Numbered from the stretch's first letter, positions 1 through 13,923 are shown. The stretch is 64,000 nt of DNA from Eledone cirrhosa (GCA_964016885.1 OZ024754.1:11718001-11782000); one strand, 5' to 3'. The notes: a model not told the origin generated them from the sequence alone. Translations and numbers: made by a program.

Positions 1-160
1 CTTATGCTAGTCAATATATATTTTAAATTATATAAATATATATACACACACAATATATAGTTGAAAATGAACGAACAAAACACAGGAAGCAATTGTACAT
101 ATAAGTATTGAGTACTCTGGTGCGTTATGGTCCATCTGGTTCCTTACCACACTTCCTTCG

Positions 161-196
<36 letters not shown>

Positions 197-203
<7 letters not shown>

Positions 204-526
204 TGTAATAAACAACATAAGGCAATTATTTCATTTACCAGTGGTTTCTTAAAAGCAAAAAAATGTTGCTTTCAATCATCAGAATGAAAAAAATCCTGGC
301 GTATTTATTGACGTTGGATTTTAAAATCCTTAGGTTTTTAAAATCCAACGTCAATAAATACGCCAGGATTTTTTCATTCTGATGATTGAAAGCAAACATT
401 TTTTTGTTTTTAAGAAACCACTGGTAAATGAAATAATTGCCTTATGTTGTTTATTACATAACTATTAAGCTCTGTTACCTACATAGAGCACTCTTTTTTC
501 CTGGACTCTTCCGACAGAATTACTTC

Positions 527-530
<4 letters not shown>
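197..530. mobile_element. Fold-back palindromic element (arms 197-~330 and ~332-465, plus a 65-bp one-sided extension) between (TA)n tracts
   Basis: About 130-bp near-perfect inverted arms centred on cct-t-agg; (TA)n on both sides. Confidence 0.75.
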
Positions 531-561
<31 letters not shown>

Positions 562-685
562 TAACAGATTAAAGTTTAAGCAAAGATTCGCTGCTTTCAC
601 CCTTAACGGTTCTTAATATTTGATATATATTTATCCTTATCGAGCCCTCTTTGGATTTTAGTCTTCAAATTTATTATTATTATTA

Positions 686-868
686 CGTGGATTGGCAGTA
701 TCGGTAGAGGGTCGGACGCCATGCTTTCCAGCATAGTTACGTCCCTTTACGATCCGAGTTCAAATCCCGCCGAGGTTGACTGTCTTTCATCCTTACGGGG
801 TCGATAAAATAAAGTACCAGTAACGCACTGGTTAATTGCTGACCTTGTGCTAACGTAGAAACAATTAT

Positions 869-871
<3 letters not shown>
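686..871 (+). mobile_element. tRNA-derived SINE (MetaSINE-like core); further copies at ~3880-4185(-), 8490-8592, 11578-11762, 21650-21790(-), 28075-28270(-), 34597-34740(-), 35115-35213(-), 50476-50662(-)
   Basis: A-box-like tggcagtatcggtag, B-box gagttcaaatccc, core gcctttcatccttacggggtcgataaaataaagtaccag, tail ccttgtgc..agtagaaacaattatta. Confidence 0.8.
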
Positions 872-939
<68 letters not shown>

Positions 940-3900
940 TATATATACACATAATATATTTACATAGAATACATATATATTCTAAGAAGGGCATCCTGCC
1001 GTAGAAAACTAGCCAGAGACATTTCTATATGATTAAGACACGGTCACCTGACCCAACTTGCCTCAAATGGGTCAACACGTCTAACCCATGCTAGCATGGA
1101 AAATGGACGTTAAACGAGAATGAATATATATATATATATATAATAAAATGTGTAAGTTTTTTGGGGGGAGGGGGTCCTAATTACATAAGGAAATTAAATT
1201 AATAACAGAAGACATGTCCAATCAGTTGTAAACTATGACAAGGAATGTTGGCGTTTCGAGGCCAACCAAAAAAAAAAAACCTGAATGTGCTGCCGCGGGA
1301 GATAGCGAGGCTAAGACACAAAATGAGTATCACCTGATACTTCAGTAAGGTGAGCCACCACTAACAATAATGGGAAATACCTCGTTGTCAGCGACCCAGC
1401 TCTTCCAAACCTCTCGAATGCCACAGGCTGGGGGGGGGGGGGGGAATAGTCGATATTACAACAGACCTGGTGTACAAAATAATATATGCCTACTCTATCT
1501 GCCTAACTATCCATCACACACAGCCATATACACACACACAATGAATGAATAAACTCAGCATTCAAGTGTCTGCATGGCTATATATTCTTCTCTGCATAGA
1601 TTAATTACTTTTTCTTCAACAGAATCTAAATCATACGAACTGTGACAGAGCGTTTAAATGATAATAACGAGCCACCAAGGATGTCAGTTTCTATGATGTG
1701 GGAAATTGACATGTTAGAGATTGTAACCAAATCACAAGTGTCAATGACGTGGTCACTCAACATGCTAAAGATAGAAGCCAAATCTTCCTTCAAATCACAA
1801 CACCCTAAACATGTTTAAACAAGACAAAACATTAAATAGTGTTGACCCAGGTATTTAAATGAGATGGATGAGCCAACAAGGGTATCTATGATGTGGTAAC
1901 ATAACATGCTAGAGATAATAGCCAAACCACACACCTTGTTAAACAAGACAAAACATATCGGATAAGGTACGCAATGTCTAAATTAAACAGCACATTAGAC
2001 CATTGGCCTGCTCCTTAATTAAGGTTGACCTGAGAGGGATCAACAACGAATACAAAAATTAGGGAAGATCAACGTTTGCTTACCTTGTATAGAACCTTCA
2101 CGTCAACAGTTTAACATCAGTATAGAGTAGTAGTAGTAGTAATGATGTTATTTATTAATAGTAGTAATGGTGGTGGTAGTAGCAGCTGTAGTGTGTGCGT
2201 ATATATATATATTTATTTATAATAAGTAGTTAATAAAAATAGTATGTGGTGCAGAGACAGAAGAAGAAAAAATATGATAATAGTACAGAATAATACTATT
2301 ATTATTGTTGTTGTCGTTATTAAGTGCTGTGGTAGCGGGTGTATTTTCTATCCGTCTATCTCTCCCTCCCTATCTTTATTTATTTTTTTCCACGATCACC
2401 TCCCTTTCCTGAGACTCTCCTTTATCGTTCAATATCCTGCTTTCTTTTCTCTACTCTCTTCTTTGTGTAATGCATTATCTCTTTCTTTCTCTATTCCTCC
2501 TACCCTCTGCTTTATATGCCTTTTCACTTTTTCACCACCCAACAATTCCTTGCTTTATAAAATGTGTTATCTCTCTTTCTTCTCTCCTCCTACTCCCTGC
2601 TTTATGCCTACTCGCGTATATAGCGTGGGAGGAAAAGAGATGTTAAATTTTGCATTTGCCCCCTCTCTCTCTCTCTCTTACTTTCAGTATTACACACTTT
2701 TTTCTTACCTCTCACCCTCTCTTTTTCTCATTCTTTTTTCTCCTTGTATCTCTTACACAACACGCAATACAAAATGGTAGCTACAAAAAAAGCAGACGAT
2801 TTATAAACTATTCTACGGAAGGACACAAAGGGTTTAAAATACTAATTGTGTTTATGTTAATTTAATTTCTTTTACCAATTTACCTATAAAATTGAATTAT
2901 TCTCCCCAGAATTTCAGCTCTCATCTAACCTCACTCTCGTCAATGATGTTTTCTGCAAAACTTCAGAACCCAATTTGAACTGGTAACTCGAGTCAGCTTT
3001 TGTCTTTTGGGTTGACAATGGCCTCCCTGTACGCCAATATGCAAAATGGCAACGCAACCAGGATGACATCAAGTGCAGTTCAACCTGCACTCAGATTGTG
3101 TATTCTTTGGACTAATACTGTCTTGTTTGCCTCTGGGCTGCCTCACAGCCAAAAAGTGGCTACATTTGGTGCTCTCTTTATCAACTGGTATCCTTCTTGA
3201 TGAGTTCACCTGAATCAAATTGAGCCTGCAGATTGGCCTCTGCATCACAAATGCCGTTGTAAAGCTATGGTCAATGAGTTGAGACTACATCTGCCCTCTA
3301 GTTGTCACAGTGCAGATTGGTTCTCTCAGCAAACTACTTTCGATAACATCCATGAGAAAGAGCCTGAATGGACACTACCAGTTTTCCATCACAACTGGAG
3401 TCTGCTGACCTGATGGCAGTGCTGGGACTTACCTAAAAGCTATAGCTTAGGGCCACGCACCATCGGGGGATTCATTTAAAAAAATATATTTTCATTTTAT
3501 CATAAGTTTTTATTCTTTGATACTAAATTATATATACATATATACATATAGTGAAGTTTTTGCTCCGACATAGCTGTAAAAAGCACCCAGTTCAAGCTGT
3601 AAATGTGGATGGTGTAAGGAAGGGCATCAAGCTGTAGAATCCAAGCCAGAGACAGTTCTGTGCAAGCAAGACACAGTCACCTGATCTGACTTGTCTTACA
3701 ACAGGACCACTCGACAAACCCAAACTAGCGTTGAAAATGGTCGTAAAACCGTTACGATGTGGATGATCATGACAAAGGGGGAAAAGACCCCCTTCAGACA
3801 CGACTGACCATTTGTTTTGCACCTACAAAGTTCCCCTCCAAGCACAAACCCGGGCAAGGTGTTTTGTGGAAGACCAGCAATCGCTCATGCATTACTGGTG

Positions 3901-4671
3901 CTTTATTTTATCGACCCCGTAAGAATGAAAGGCAAAGCTAACCTCGGCGGTATATGAACGCAGAACGCAAAGGGCCGTAGCTCTATGTTGCGAAGCATGC
4001 TGTCCGACGCTCTATCGATAGAGCCAATCCATCCACCTCTAGTATTCTTAATAATTGTTTCTACGTTAGGCACAAGGCCAGCAATTACTCAGTGTATTAC
4101 TGGTACTTTATTTTATCGACCCCGTAAGGATGAAAGGCAAAGTTTAATAATTGTTTCTACTTTGGGCACAAAGCCAGCAATTACATACCAGTCTCCCCTC
4201 TCTATGCCACTGATGTTGTCCAAGGGCCGAGATAACTTGGCACCAGTACGTCATAACTAATTTTTACTGTTGAGTGAACTGGAGCAACGTGAAATAAAGT
4301 GTCCTGCTCAACTCAACTGTTTTTGTGTGCGTTGATGTGTCCTTGTCTATGTTTATATCCCATAAACAGCAGTTCAACAACAAGAGATCGATAAAATATA
4401 TACTAGACTTGAAAAAACAAGTGTTGGCGTCAGTATGATTGACTTCAACAAGTTCGTAGTCTAATGATTGAAACCAGTAAAAGAAAATCACCCCGAGTAA
4501 TTTATTGTGAAAACGTGATTATAATTTAATTCCCTTCAAGCTTTCCGTAGAAAAATCTGCTTCAGTTAGTTACCCACTCATGTTCGCAGTGAGCTATGAC
4601 GTAGACAGCCAAGGACTATAACTCTGGCATTATTTCCGTTTGGTGATATAATCTTTATTAATTTCACGTGT

Positions 4672-4686
4672 CGTCTAGAAATTTCT
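4672..4686. promoter_or_regulatory. Putative heat shock element (three alternating nGAAn units, one mismatch)
   Basis: cGTCt aGAAa tTTCt lies about 140 bp upstream of the Hsp110 ATG. It is next to a CACGTG E-box (4665-4670) and two GGAAGT motifs in a locally CpG-retaining stretch. Confidence 0.55.
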
Positions 4687-4826
4687 CTTTTAATATTTAA
4701 GGAAGTCTCTTGATGGAAGTCGCATCCTGATATCGCGTAAAAAGGATTATTTTCTTTTGTTTTTGCATTTGATATATTTTACTTCTATTATAATTCCATT
4801 TACAAACCTGTAACTATTATAAGAAT

Positions 4827-7319
4827 ATGTCTGTGGTCGGCATAGATTTCGGAAGCCAGTCTTGTTACATATCGGTGGCTCGTGCTGGTGGTATAGAGAC
4901 CATATCCAACGAATACAGCGATAGATGCACGCCAAGTTATGTTTCATTCAACGAAAACTCCCGATGCATGGGGAATTCATCAAAAAACCAGGCCGTAAGT
5001 AATTTCCGTAATACTCTGTTTGGTTTTCGTGGTTTACTTGGCCGTAAATTCAATGACCCTCAAGTTCAAGAAGAGATAAAACATTTCCCATTCACTGTTC
5101 GATCGGATAATAAAGGTAATATTCTTATTGAAGTTAACTACATGAATGATGTTCACCCATTCACACCAGAACAAGTATCTTCTATGTTATTAACAAAGCT
5201 AAAGAAAACCGCAGAAATAGCATTAAACGCCAAAGTTGTTGATTGTGTTATATCAGTTCCATGCTATTTCTCAGATGCCGAGAGGCGTGCCCTCCTCGAC
5301 ACGACGGGAATGTGCGGTCTCAATTGCTTGCGCCTACTTAACGATACTACAGCCGCATCTCTTGCTTATGGTATTTACAAACAGGATTTACCCGACGAAA
5401 AGCAAAAATCAAGAAATGTTGTATTCGTCAACATGGGTTATTCTTCACTCCAGGTGTGTGTATGTGCTTTCAACAAAGGTAAACTTAAAGTACTTGCTGT
5501 GGCCTTTGATTCTCATCTTGGTGGGCGGGATGTTGATCAGGTTCTCGTTGATTATTTCATAGAAGATTTTAAACAACGTTACAAACTGGATGTTCGCAGC
5601 AAAGTTAAACCCCTCATTCGCCTCACGTCTGAATGTGAAAAAATTAAAAAGCTAATGAGTGCCACCGCGCAACCCGTACAGCTAAATATTGAATGCTTTA
5701 TGGAAGATAAAGATGTATCTGGAAAATTAGACCGGGAGAAATTAGAAGAAATGTGCCAACCTTTGTTTAAAAGAGCCGAAGACACAATGCGTTCGATTCT
5801 GTCGCGATCAAAATTACATCTAGATGATATTCACTCAGTGGAAGTCGTTGGCGGTTCCACGAGAATCCCTGCTGTAAAGGGCCTCATTAAAAAGATATTT
5901 GGAGTTGAAGCAAGCACCACATTGAATGCTGATGAAGTGATTGCTCGTGGTTGTGCATTACAATGTGCTATACTATCGCCAACTTTCAGAGTAAGAGATT
6001 TTTCAATAGTTGATTGCCAGCCTTATGGTGTTTCAATGAAATGGCAAGGATGTGTTAGCGAAGATAACGTTCTTGAGGTTTTCCCAAAATTTCACGTTTT
6101 TCCATTTGCTAAAATGATGACGTTTTATCGAAAAGAACCTTTCCAACTCGATGCTTACTATACCCAGCAAGAAACGGTTCCTATTTTTCAACCCACTATT
6201 GGGTCTTTCAGAATTCAAAATATTACTCCTCAGACGACTGGAGAAAGTTCCAAAATAAAAGTCAAAGTAAAAATTAATATTCATGGAATATTCAACGTCC
6301 CTTCTGCTTCAATGGTGGAAAAGTCTGATAGCACTGATTCTAACAGTGAACCGATGGATTTAGATGAGAAAAAAGAAGCAGAAGATGAGATGGAAACTCA
6401 AACTAATGTCACTGCTAAAACTCCTGAAACATTGGAGTCATCCTCTGAAACATCTGTGCAAAGTGATGAAAATGGAAAACAGTCGACCGAAAAGAAAGAA
6501 CAAACCAATAAGAAAGTGAAAAAAGTAAAAATGATTGATTTGCCTGTGGAAAGCATTGTTCCACAACTTAGTAAAACCCAGCTTCATGGATACTTTGAAA
6601 AGGAAAACCAAATGATTATGCAAGACAAGCTTGAGAAAGACCGTGTGGATGCTAAAAATGCTGTTGAAGAGTACGTTTATGAGATGCGTGATCGTCTGTA
6701 TGGTCCGCTTGAGCAGTTTGTTGAAGAAAATCATCGAAGTGACTTCAGTAAAATGTTGGATGAAACAGAAAACTGGCTTTATGATGAAGGAGAAAATCAG
6801 TTGAAACAAGTATACATTGACAAACTGGCTCATCTTCAGAAATACAGTAACCCTATTTGCAGAAGATATCAGGAAGCTGTAGGCAGGCCAACAGCCTTCC
6901 AAGCACTGGGTGGTGTGCTACAACAGATACGTAAGTTTTTAGATGTATTTTCTAAGAAGGATGAACAATATAGCCATATTAGTGATCAAGATGTTAGTAC
7001 AGTGACAAAGGCTTTAAAAGAAAAGAGTGAATGGTTTGAAAAAAGTCAAAATCAACAGAACCAAAGAAAACCTTTTGAAGACCCTATTGTCACTTGCTCT
7101 GAGATCAATTCTCAAAGACAGAGCTTGGAATCAGTATGTATACCAATTATAAATAAACCAAAGCCTGAACCAAAGAAAGAGGAGCCTCCACCAACTCCTG
7201 AAAATCCAGAAAAGAATTCTTCTGTTCCAAATGAGCCATCTACACAGCAACAGGGCCAAACTGACCCAACTTCTCAGACCAAAGCTGCAGAATCAGATCC
7301 AACTATGGAAGTTGATTAA
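4827..7319 (+). CDS. HSPA4: Hsp110/HSPA4-type heat shock protein (Hsp70 superfamily nucleotide exchange factor), 830 aa, uninterrupted ORF
   Basis: N-terminus MSVVGIDFGSQSCYISVARAGGIETISNEYSDRCTPS; motifs VEVVGGSTRIP, TLNADEVIARGCALQCAILSPTFRVRDF and DAKNAVEEYVYEMRD; acidic loop; C-terminus MEVD. These are diagnostic of Hsp110 (HSPA4/HSPA4L/HSPH1) rather than canonical Hsp70. Confidence 0.96.
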   Translation: MSVVGIDFGSQSCYISVARAGGIETISNEYSDRCTPSYVSFNENSRCMGNSSKNQAVSNFRNTLFGFRGLLGRKFNDPQVQEEIKHFPFTVRSDNKGNILIEVNYMNDVHPFTPEQVSSMLLTKLKKTAEIALNAKVVDCVISVPCYFSDAERRALLDTTGMCGLNCLRLLNDTTAASLAYGIYKQDLPDEKQKSRNVVFVNMGYSSLQVCVCAFNKGKLKVLAVAFDSHLGGRDVDQVLVDYFIEDFKQRYKLDVRSKVKPLIRLTSECEKIKKLMSATAQPVQLNIECFMEDKDVSGKLDREKLEEMCQPLFKRAEDTMRSILSRSKLHLDDIHSVEVVGGSTRIPAVKGLIKKIFGVEASTTLNADEVIARGCALQCAILSPTFRVRDFSIVDCQPYGVSMKWQGCVSEDNVLEVFPKFHVFPFAKMMTFYRKEPFQLDAYYTQQETVPIFQPTIGSFRIQNITPQTTGESSKIKVKVKINIHGIFNVPSASMVEKSDSTDSNSEPMDLDEKKEAEDEMETQTNVTAKTPETLESSSETSVQSDENGKQSTEKKEQTNKKVKKVKMIDLPVESIVPQLSKTQLHGYFEKENQMIMQDKLEKDRVDAKNAVEEYVYEMRDRLYGPLEQFVEENHRSDFSKMLDETENWLYDEGENQLKQVYIDKLAHLQKYSNPICRRYQEAVGRPTAFQALGGVLQQIRKFLDVFSKKDEQYSHISDQDVSTVTKALKEKSEWFEKSQNQQNQRKPFEDPIVTCSEINSQRQSLESVCIPIINKPKPEPKKEEPPPTPENPEKNSSVPNEPSTQQQGQTDPTSQTKAAESDPTMEVD

Positions 7320-7438
7320 ATTTTTTCTCATTTTCTTCCAAATCAAAAGTTGCTGTTAGTTGCAATGATGTAAGTTTGTATTGTTTATCTCAAGTTTTTT
7401 TAAAATTACTATTCAGCTAGATCAACATATATTTTCAG

Positions 7439-7444
7439 AATAAA
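7439..7444 (+). terminator. Candidate polyadenylation signal for Hsp110
   Basis: First AATAAA about 120 nt after the stop codon. Confidence 0.4.
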
Positions 7445-7838
7445 TTTACATTTAAAACTGAAAGAAATAGAAATCTCACAATGCAGAAAATAGCCATTCT
7501 CTTTTGTTTTAAATTTCATCAAGATTTTTAGACTTCATCTTAAATCTTGTGAAAATGACTGAAAATATATTTAGAACATTTTTTTAAAGATATCTAGAAG
7601 AAAAAAGAAAGAATGCTTCTAAAGTGGTGAGAAAAACAATTTGGAACATTGCACATGTAACAAGTTTCCTTTGGAAAATATATTCTATGAAAATGTATCA
7701 GCTTTAATTTAATGTTTTTTTTTTCGTTTCAAAGACTTTTCATTTTTTTCCATGCTAGCATGGGTTGGATAATTACACAATTTGACTTATTTGTAAAAAA
7801 ATTTATACTATGTCTATATGTATATATATGTGTATGTA

Positions 7839-7885
<47 letters not shown>

Positions 7886-10647
7886 AGTTTTTGTCATTAC
7901 ATATTGAAAAGAAAAAATTATAAATTAAAAAAGATATTAAAAAAATTGTTAGTTCATGTTGGAAGTAGTGTTTGACAATATTTTATTTTTATTAAGGCTA
8001 AAAATAATTTAATTTTTCCTGAAAACTTAAAAAAAAAAATGCCAAATTAATTACATCAATAAAATTAGTGATTATTAAATATTGCAATCCTATGTGTTTA
8101 GTAATTTATTGCTGCACTTGGTTGTTGTAAGAATATACAGATCGAGAATCCTTTATCATCTAAAGTGCATGGAGTTGGTGCCACAACAAAAAGAACCCAC
8201 TCCATACTGTAAGTTTGTTTTGCTGGTACCACAAAAGAAAGTTCCCAGTACATGCTATAATGTGGTTTGCATTAGGAAGGGCATCCAGCCATAGAAAACC
8301 AAACCAAAAACGAACTCTATGAGCAAGGCGTAGTCACCTGATCTGTCTAGCCTCGTAACTTGACAACCTGTCTCACCCATACAAGTATGGAAAACAAGCA
8401 TTAAACAACGTTGATGATGATGGTATATGAAATGAGATAACTGAGGGATGGAACAGAAGCTTAAACACATCCATTATACATATACCATGGTCTGAGTTCA
8501 AATCCCGCCGAGGTTAACTTTGCCTTTCATCCTTACGGGGTCGATAAAATAAAGTACCAGTAATGTACTTGTGCCAAAAGTAGAAACAATTATACATATA
8601 CCATAAAGGTAGTTTTATATTAATTACATTTAATTCTACTTGTAAAAAAAAAATATCCCCTAAGAATGCATGATGACCCCCTGCTTATAAAATGTATAAA
8701 ATAATCACTAAACACTATCTAAGTCATGTCAGCACTTGAAAAACTTTGGGGTTTTGGAATTTCAATTCTTAACCTGTCCCAACAATATGTATCAAACAAA
8801 ACTACAAGCTAAAGTAAGGGAGACCACTAGTTCACCATGTGGTACATCAATTACTAAAAGACTGGAAAATCATAACACTCACCTAACTTCAAACATTTTA
8901 AGGCCATTCTCCCTGCTAGAGCCTGTGAAGAGCTGTTTCCTAGTGGCTCAGTGTTGGACTCAAGATTATAAGATCTTGGGTTCTATTCCTGGACTGAGTA
9001 ACGTGTTCTTGAGCAAGATCCTACATTTCACATAGCTTTTCATGATAGGACAAAGACCTCTATCATTAAAACACACCCAAAAAATTTATGAAATGCAACC
9101 TTATAGTGGGCCAGCTAAACCTGTTGCAGGTGCAAGCTGTAAATATCATTTTCATTAGCCTTACAGGTTCTTGTGGGGTCCTTTTTAAGGCAATATTTAA
9201 CAGCTAGTTATCTTTCCTGGCACCAATACTTTTAGTTGTCTCCGACATGCAGGAATATAGTGTATCTATTCTAAATCAGTTATGATGAAAAAACAAACAA
9301 ACTATAAGGTGGGAAAATTAGCAACAGCAATAACAGAACTATCTGGAATTGAATTTTATGTTTATACAATTTAACCCTTTTGTTACCAATCTGGCCAAAA
9401 CTGGCTCTGCTTCTATGGAACAAAATCACCTGTTTTAAAGAGATCCTATGTAATTTAAAATCTTCCAACCTAATGTTATATAAGAATATTTCTGCTTAGC
9501 ACAGAGTAGGAAATGTCGCAAATATATTTCTATTGGTATTTGAGATTATCGATTATCATTTTTTTTTTTAAAGCCAGTTATTTTCCATGAAAAGCCAGCC
9601 TCAGTGGGTGTTATTAGAAATATGGTAACAAAAGGGTTAATAATTGTTTCTGCTTTTGGCACAAGGCCAGCAATTAGCCCAGTGGTACTTTATTTTATCG
9701 ACCCCCCCCCCCCCCCCCCCCCCCGTAAGGATGAAAGACAAAATGATAACTTCACAGATTCAGTCTTGCATAGTTTCCTTTAAATGACATTCATGGAAGT
9801 AATAAGTATGACAATCTTCTTTGCCCACTTATTCCTGAGAGGGACAGTCCTCAAACACTCTCTCCAGTGGGTCCTCTCAGAAGCAACTGATCTGGCTGGA
9901 TCCCCAAGTGAGACCAGCCAAGCTCATGGATGTTATCCAACCATCTTTCTCGGGGACTACCCCTGGGTCGCCTACCTGTTGGTTTCACCTGTAATATCTG
10001 TTTAATTCTTTCCTGAGACATTCTAACCACATGCCCATAATATCGGAGTTGTGATCTCTCAATTCTGAGAAGTAGTGGCTCTATCTGGAATGATTATCTG
10101 AGCTACGCACTTTATTGTGTAACTTACTCCAAAGACCCTTCCAAGGAATCCCATTTCGGCTGCTTGTATTCATGATTGGGTAATAACCAAAAGAATACAA
10201 TGTTTTGTGAAATAATCTCACTATCTTTGCTACTCTGAGAGTCTCCTGCTTGGTAAACAGTACTGTCATGAAATCAAGAATTGAGTCATGAGTGTTACTG
10301 AGTTGGAATTGGTAAGTCTGACTCTACAGCCAATAACCACTTCACCCGGAAATGTTGTGACATTGTGAAAGATCACTGAGGCCGTCTCTATTTGCCCATT
10401 ACTTTATTGAACAAGGGCAAACCTGTCATTACTTTGCAGTTGTTCACCTCTACTAAAGGATAACTTTTGCATATGTGTACATGTTTTTTTTTTTTTTTAT
10501 AAGAACAGGTCTAAGAGAAACTAACCAAGAAGGTAGAGTGATGTTACTTGGAGACCATCTAAAAAAAAAAAAATAGTCATGAGGAGTCACATTGGCCACA
10601 ATTGACAGCAGAGGATGAATTGAGTGAAGTATTTAAAAAAGAACTTG

Positions 10648-11053
10648 CTTCCCTGGGCATGGATTCATTGAAGCTCCGACGCCTGGCAACTGACTTGGTA
10701 AACACCCACAAAATTGTTAACCATGTTGCCAACAACAACCCTGAGTGCCTTTTCGATTTCCATGTGTCTAACACACGTGGACATGCCCACAAAGTAAGAA
10801 AACAGCACAGTTCCCATGACTTTCGGAAACATTTTTTCACGCTCAGAGTTGCTGAAGCATGGAACAAACTACCTGCATCAGTTGTTAGCTGTCGAGACAC
10901 TGCATCCTTTAAGGCCTCCATGCTTCCCGAGATCCGCTAACACATACAAACATGTACTTCCCTGGCATTTGTGTATTATTCTATGTACTATATTGACGAG
11001 TTGTAGTGCACCTGAGCACTTTACACAATAATTTCATTATTATTATTATTATT
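10648..11053 (+). mobile_element. CR1/L2-clade LINE 3' end (RT C-terminus plus (ATT)n tail); other copies 11288-11575, 23035-23143, 35585-36031
   Basis: LGMDSLKLRRLATDL...TRGHAHKV...RKHFFTLRVAEAWNKLP motif; (att)n tail. Confidence 0.85.
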
Positions 11054-13887
11054 AAATTTTGGAAGATTCAATGACTTTAAAATTTAAATCGGCCATATCC
11101 AGCCAGAATTCTCTCACCTCTTTCTGTTCAAACTGGCCGCTCATACTGATGTTAAGGTATTGTTCTCAAAATAAATATCAAAATCTCATAGATTCGATAT
11201 GTAAGATAATTATGTGAAATAAAGACTTTACTGTGAAAATACAATAGTATAAATAGAGTAATGTGAATGCTAAAGGGTTAAAGCTAGACTTTCGGAAACA
11301 TTTTTCATTCTCAGAGTTGCTGAAGCATGGAACAAACTACCTGCATCAGTTGTTAGCTGTTGAGACACTGCATCCTTTAAAACCTCCATGCTTCCTGAGA
11401 TTCGCCAACACTGCACTTGATGTCCCTCCTCCATACACACACACAAACAATGTATTTCATGACTTGTACACTGTTCATTTTCCTGACATTTGAACATTAT
11501 TCTTCTTTTTATTATTATATATACTATACATGCACCTTTGATGAATTGTAGTGCACCTGAGCACTTTACACAATTTCGTGGATTGGCAGTATCGGTAGGT
11601 CTGAAACCATGCTTTGCAGCAAAGAGTTACGGCCCTTTATGGTCTGAGTTCAAATCCCTCCGAGGTTAACTTTGCCTTTCATCCTTACGGGGTCGATAAA
11701 ATAAAGTACCAGTAATGTATTGGTTAATTGCTGGCCTTGTGCCTATATAAGAAACAATTATTATTTAATACTGAGTTCCATATTGTCTTATTTGTTCTCT
11801 CACATTGCACATTTCATCTAACCTTAGAGAGGATGGCTATTCTGCTTTGCCCAAATCTTTTGAAAGTTCTGTGGTTGTTCTACAAAGGTGCTAGACTACT
11901 GATCTTGTAGTTTTGCTTTGATTAAATGCCTCAATATTTGTTCAAGTTATGTGCACTCTGTGTTCAAATCCCACCAAGATCAATTTTGCCTTTCGTCCTT
12001 TCGGGGTCAATAACCTAAAGTACGAGTCGATTTAAACAACTTCCCCCTCCCTCTCCAAACTGCAAGACTTGCACCTAAATTAGAAATTATTTGTCACATT
12101 CGAAGATGATGATGATTCATGAAAAATTATGGTAAAAATATATTATATGGCAGTATATAGTGTTATTTCGAGAACTGAGGGAGAAACTAGGTTTAAGAGG
12201 AATATGAAGTGGTGTGCAAGAGAGAAGACTACATTGGTACAGGCATATGATGTACATAAATGATGATTGCTGAGTGAAGAAGTGTCAGGAAATCCCAGTG
12301 GTAGGAAGTTGCAGTAGAGATAGACTAAGGAAGAGATGGTGAGAGCTGATCTTAAATCACTGAGATGACAAAGGAACACGATGAGTGGAGAGATGCTGTA
12401 CTGAAAAGGACCCATGGCCATGCAAGCATATAAAAAATTATATATATATATATATGAAGGCGTTGCAATCGAAAGGTTGTGAGTTCAATTCTCAGATCGG
12501 GTTATGTGTTGTTTCCTTGAGCAAGACACTTTATTTCACATTGCTCCAGTTTAATCAGCTGTAGAAATGAGATGATAGGGACTGGGGTCTATATCATTCC
12601 ACTGTAAAGTGGTCGTGTAGGCGCCATGGAAAAAAAAGCACCCAGCACTCACTGTAATTGAGGTTGGTGTTAGGAAGGGCATCCAGCTGTAGACATCAAG
12701 CCAGAAACAGTTCCCGTCCCACCCTTACAAGCAGGGAAAAGTGGACGTGAAATGAAATGAAAGGCGATGAATTGGCAGTTGTTAGGTCAGATAGACTGCT
12801 TTGCAGTATTCGTTTCAGTTCGCTGTGGTCTCATTTCAAATCCTGATGTGATCAGCTTTGCTTTTCATACTTTCAAGGTCAATCAATAAATACCAGCTCA
12901 GTACTGGTTCGATTATTTTATATCTCCTTACTTTCTTTCTATCATTCTTGAGAGGAAATTGGCTGTGTTCAGATCTGGAGAGGGAATGGGCTCTGCCAGG
13001 TTTATAATTTCCAAGGTACGTATGTCACTATGTTACCTCTACAACTCCATCATGAGTTATTTGAAAATCATAGGCAGTCTTTCATTAGGAATATTGATTA
13101 AACCAACCACAAACCTTGACAGATACTTTATTTTGTCAACCCCAGCAAGATGAAATGCAAAGTTGACCTTGGGGGGGGATTTGAATCCAGTGTATATCAT
13201 CATAATCACCGTTTAACATCTATCTTTCCACACTAGCATGGGTTAGACAGGTTGTCCTGCTCTGAGACAAGTCAGATCAGATGACTGTGTCTTGATCATA
13301 CAGAACTGTTTCTGGCTTTACTAATGCCAACCACATTTACAGTGTGGAGTGGGTGTTTTCTTTATTGTGGCACCAAAATGACTACTTTACAGTGTGGAGT
13401 GAGTGTTTTTTGTCATATATATATTTATGTAAAAACCTTTGCTAAGTTACATTATGAAATTCTTCCAAATATTCTTGATTATTTCCAAGACACTAAAAAT
13501 CAATGTCAGCTTTCACTAGAAATATCATCATTTCTTGACACACACGTGATTCTGAGTGGATGGGTTGAATAAATTGTTTAGAGGTAGTTTTGTGTATTGC
13601 AGCAATACTTTAACTCTTTAGCATTTAAACCAGCTGTATCCACTCACGTCTTTCTGTTCAAACCAACTGTAAATGGCCACTCATACTGATGTTAAGGTAT
13701 TGTTCTCAAAAGAAATCTCAAAATCTCATAGATTTGATATGTGAGATTAAAGTCTTTACCATGAAAATATAATAGTATAGAGTAATATAAATGCTCAATG
13801 GTTAAACAGGTTAGCTTATGTTAAACTGAATGCCAATTTCTGAAAAACAACATACACATTAATTGAAATAGTAAACAATCTTTATTA

Positions 13888-13923
<36 letters not shown>

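Noticed and set aside
690-775. tRNA-like A/B boxes
   Set aside because: SINE head; no cloverleaf, and followed by SINE core and tail
2244-2780. 178-aa hydrophobic ORF
   Set aside because: Derived from CT-rich low-complexity sequence; no recognisable domain
5236-6902. Overlapping alternate-frame and antisense ORFs within Hsp110
   Set aside because: Shadow ORFs of the real coding sequence
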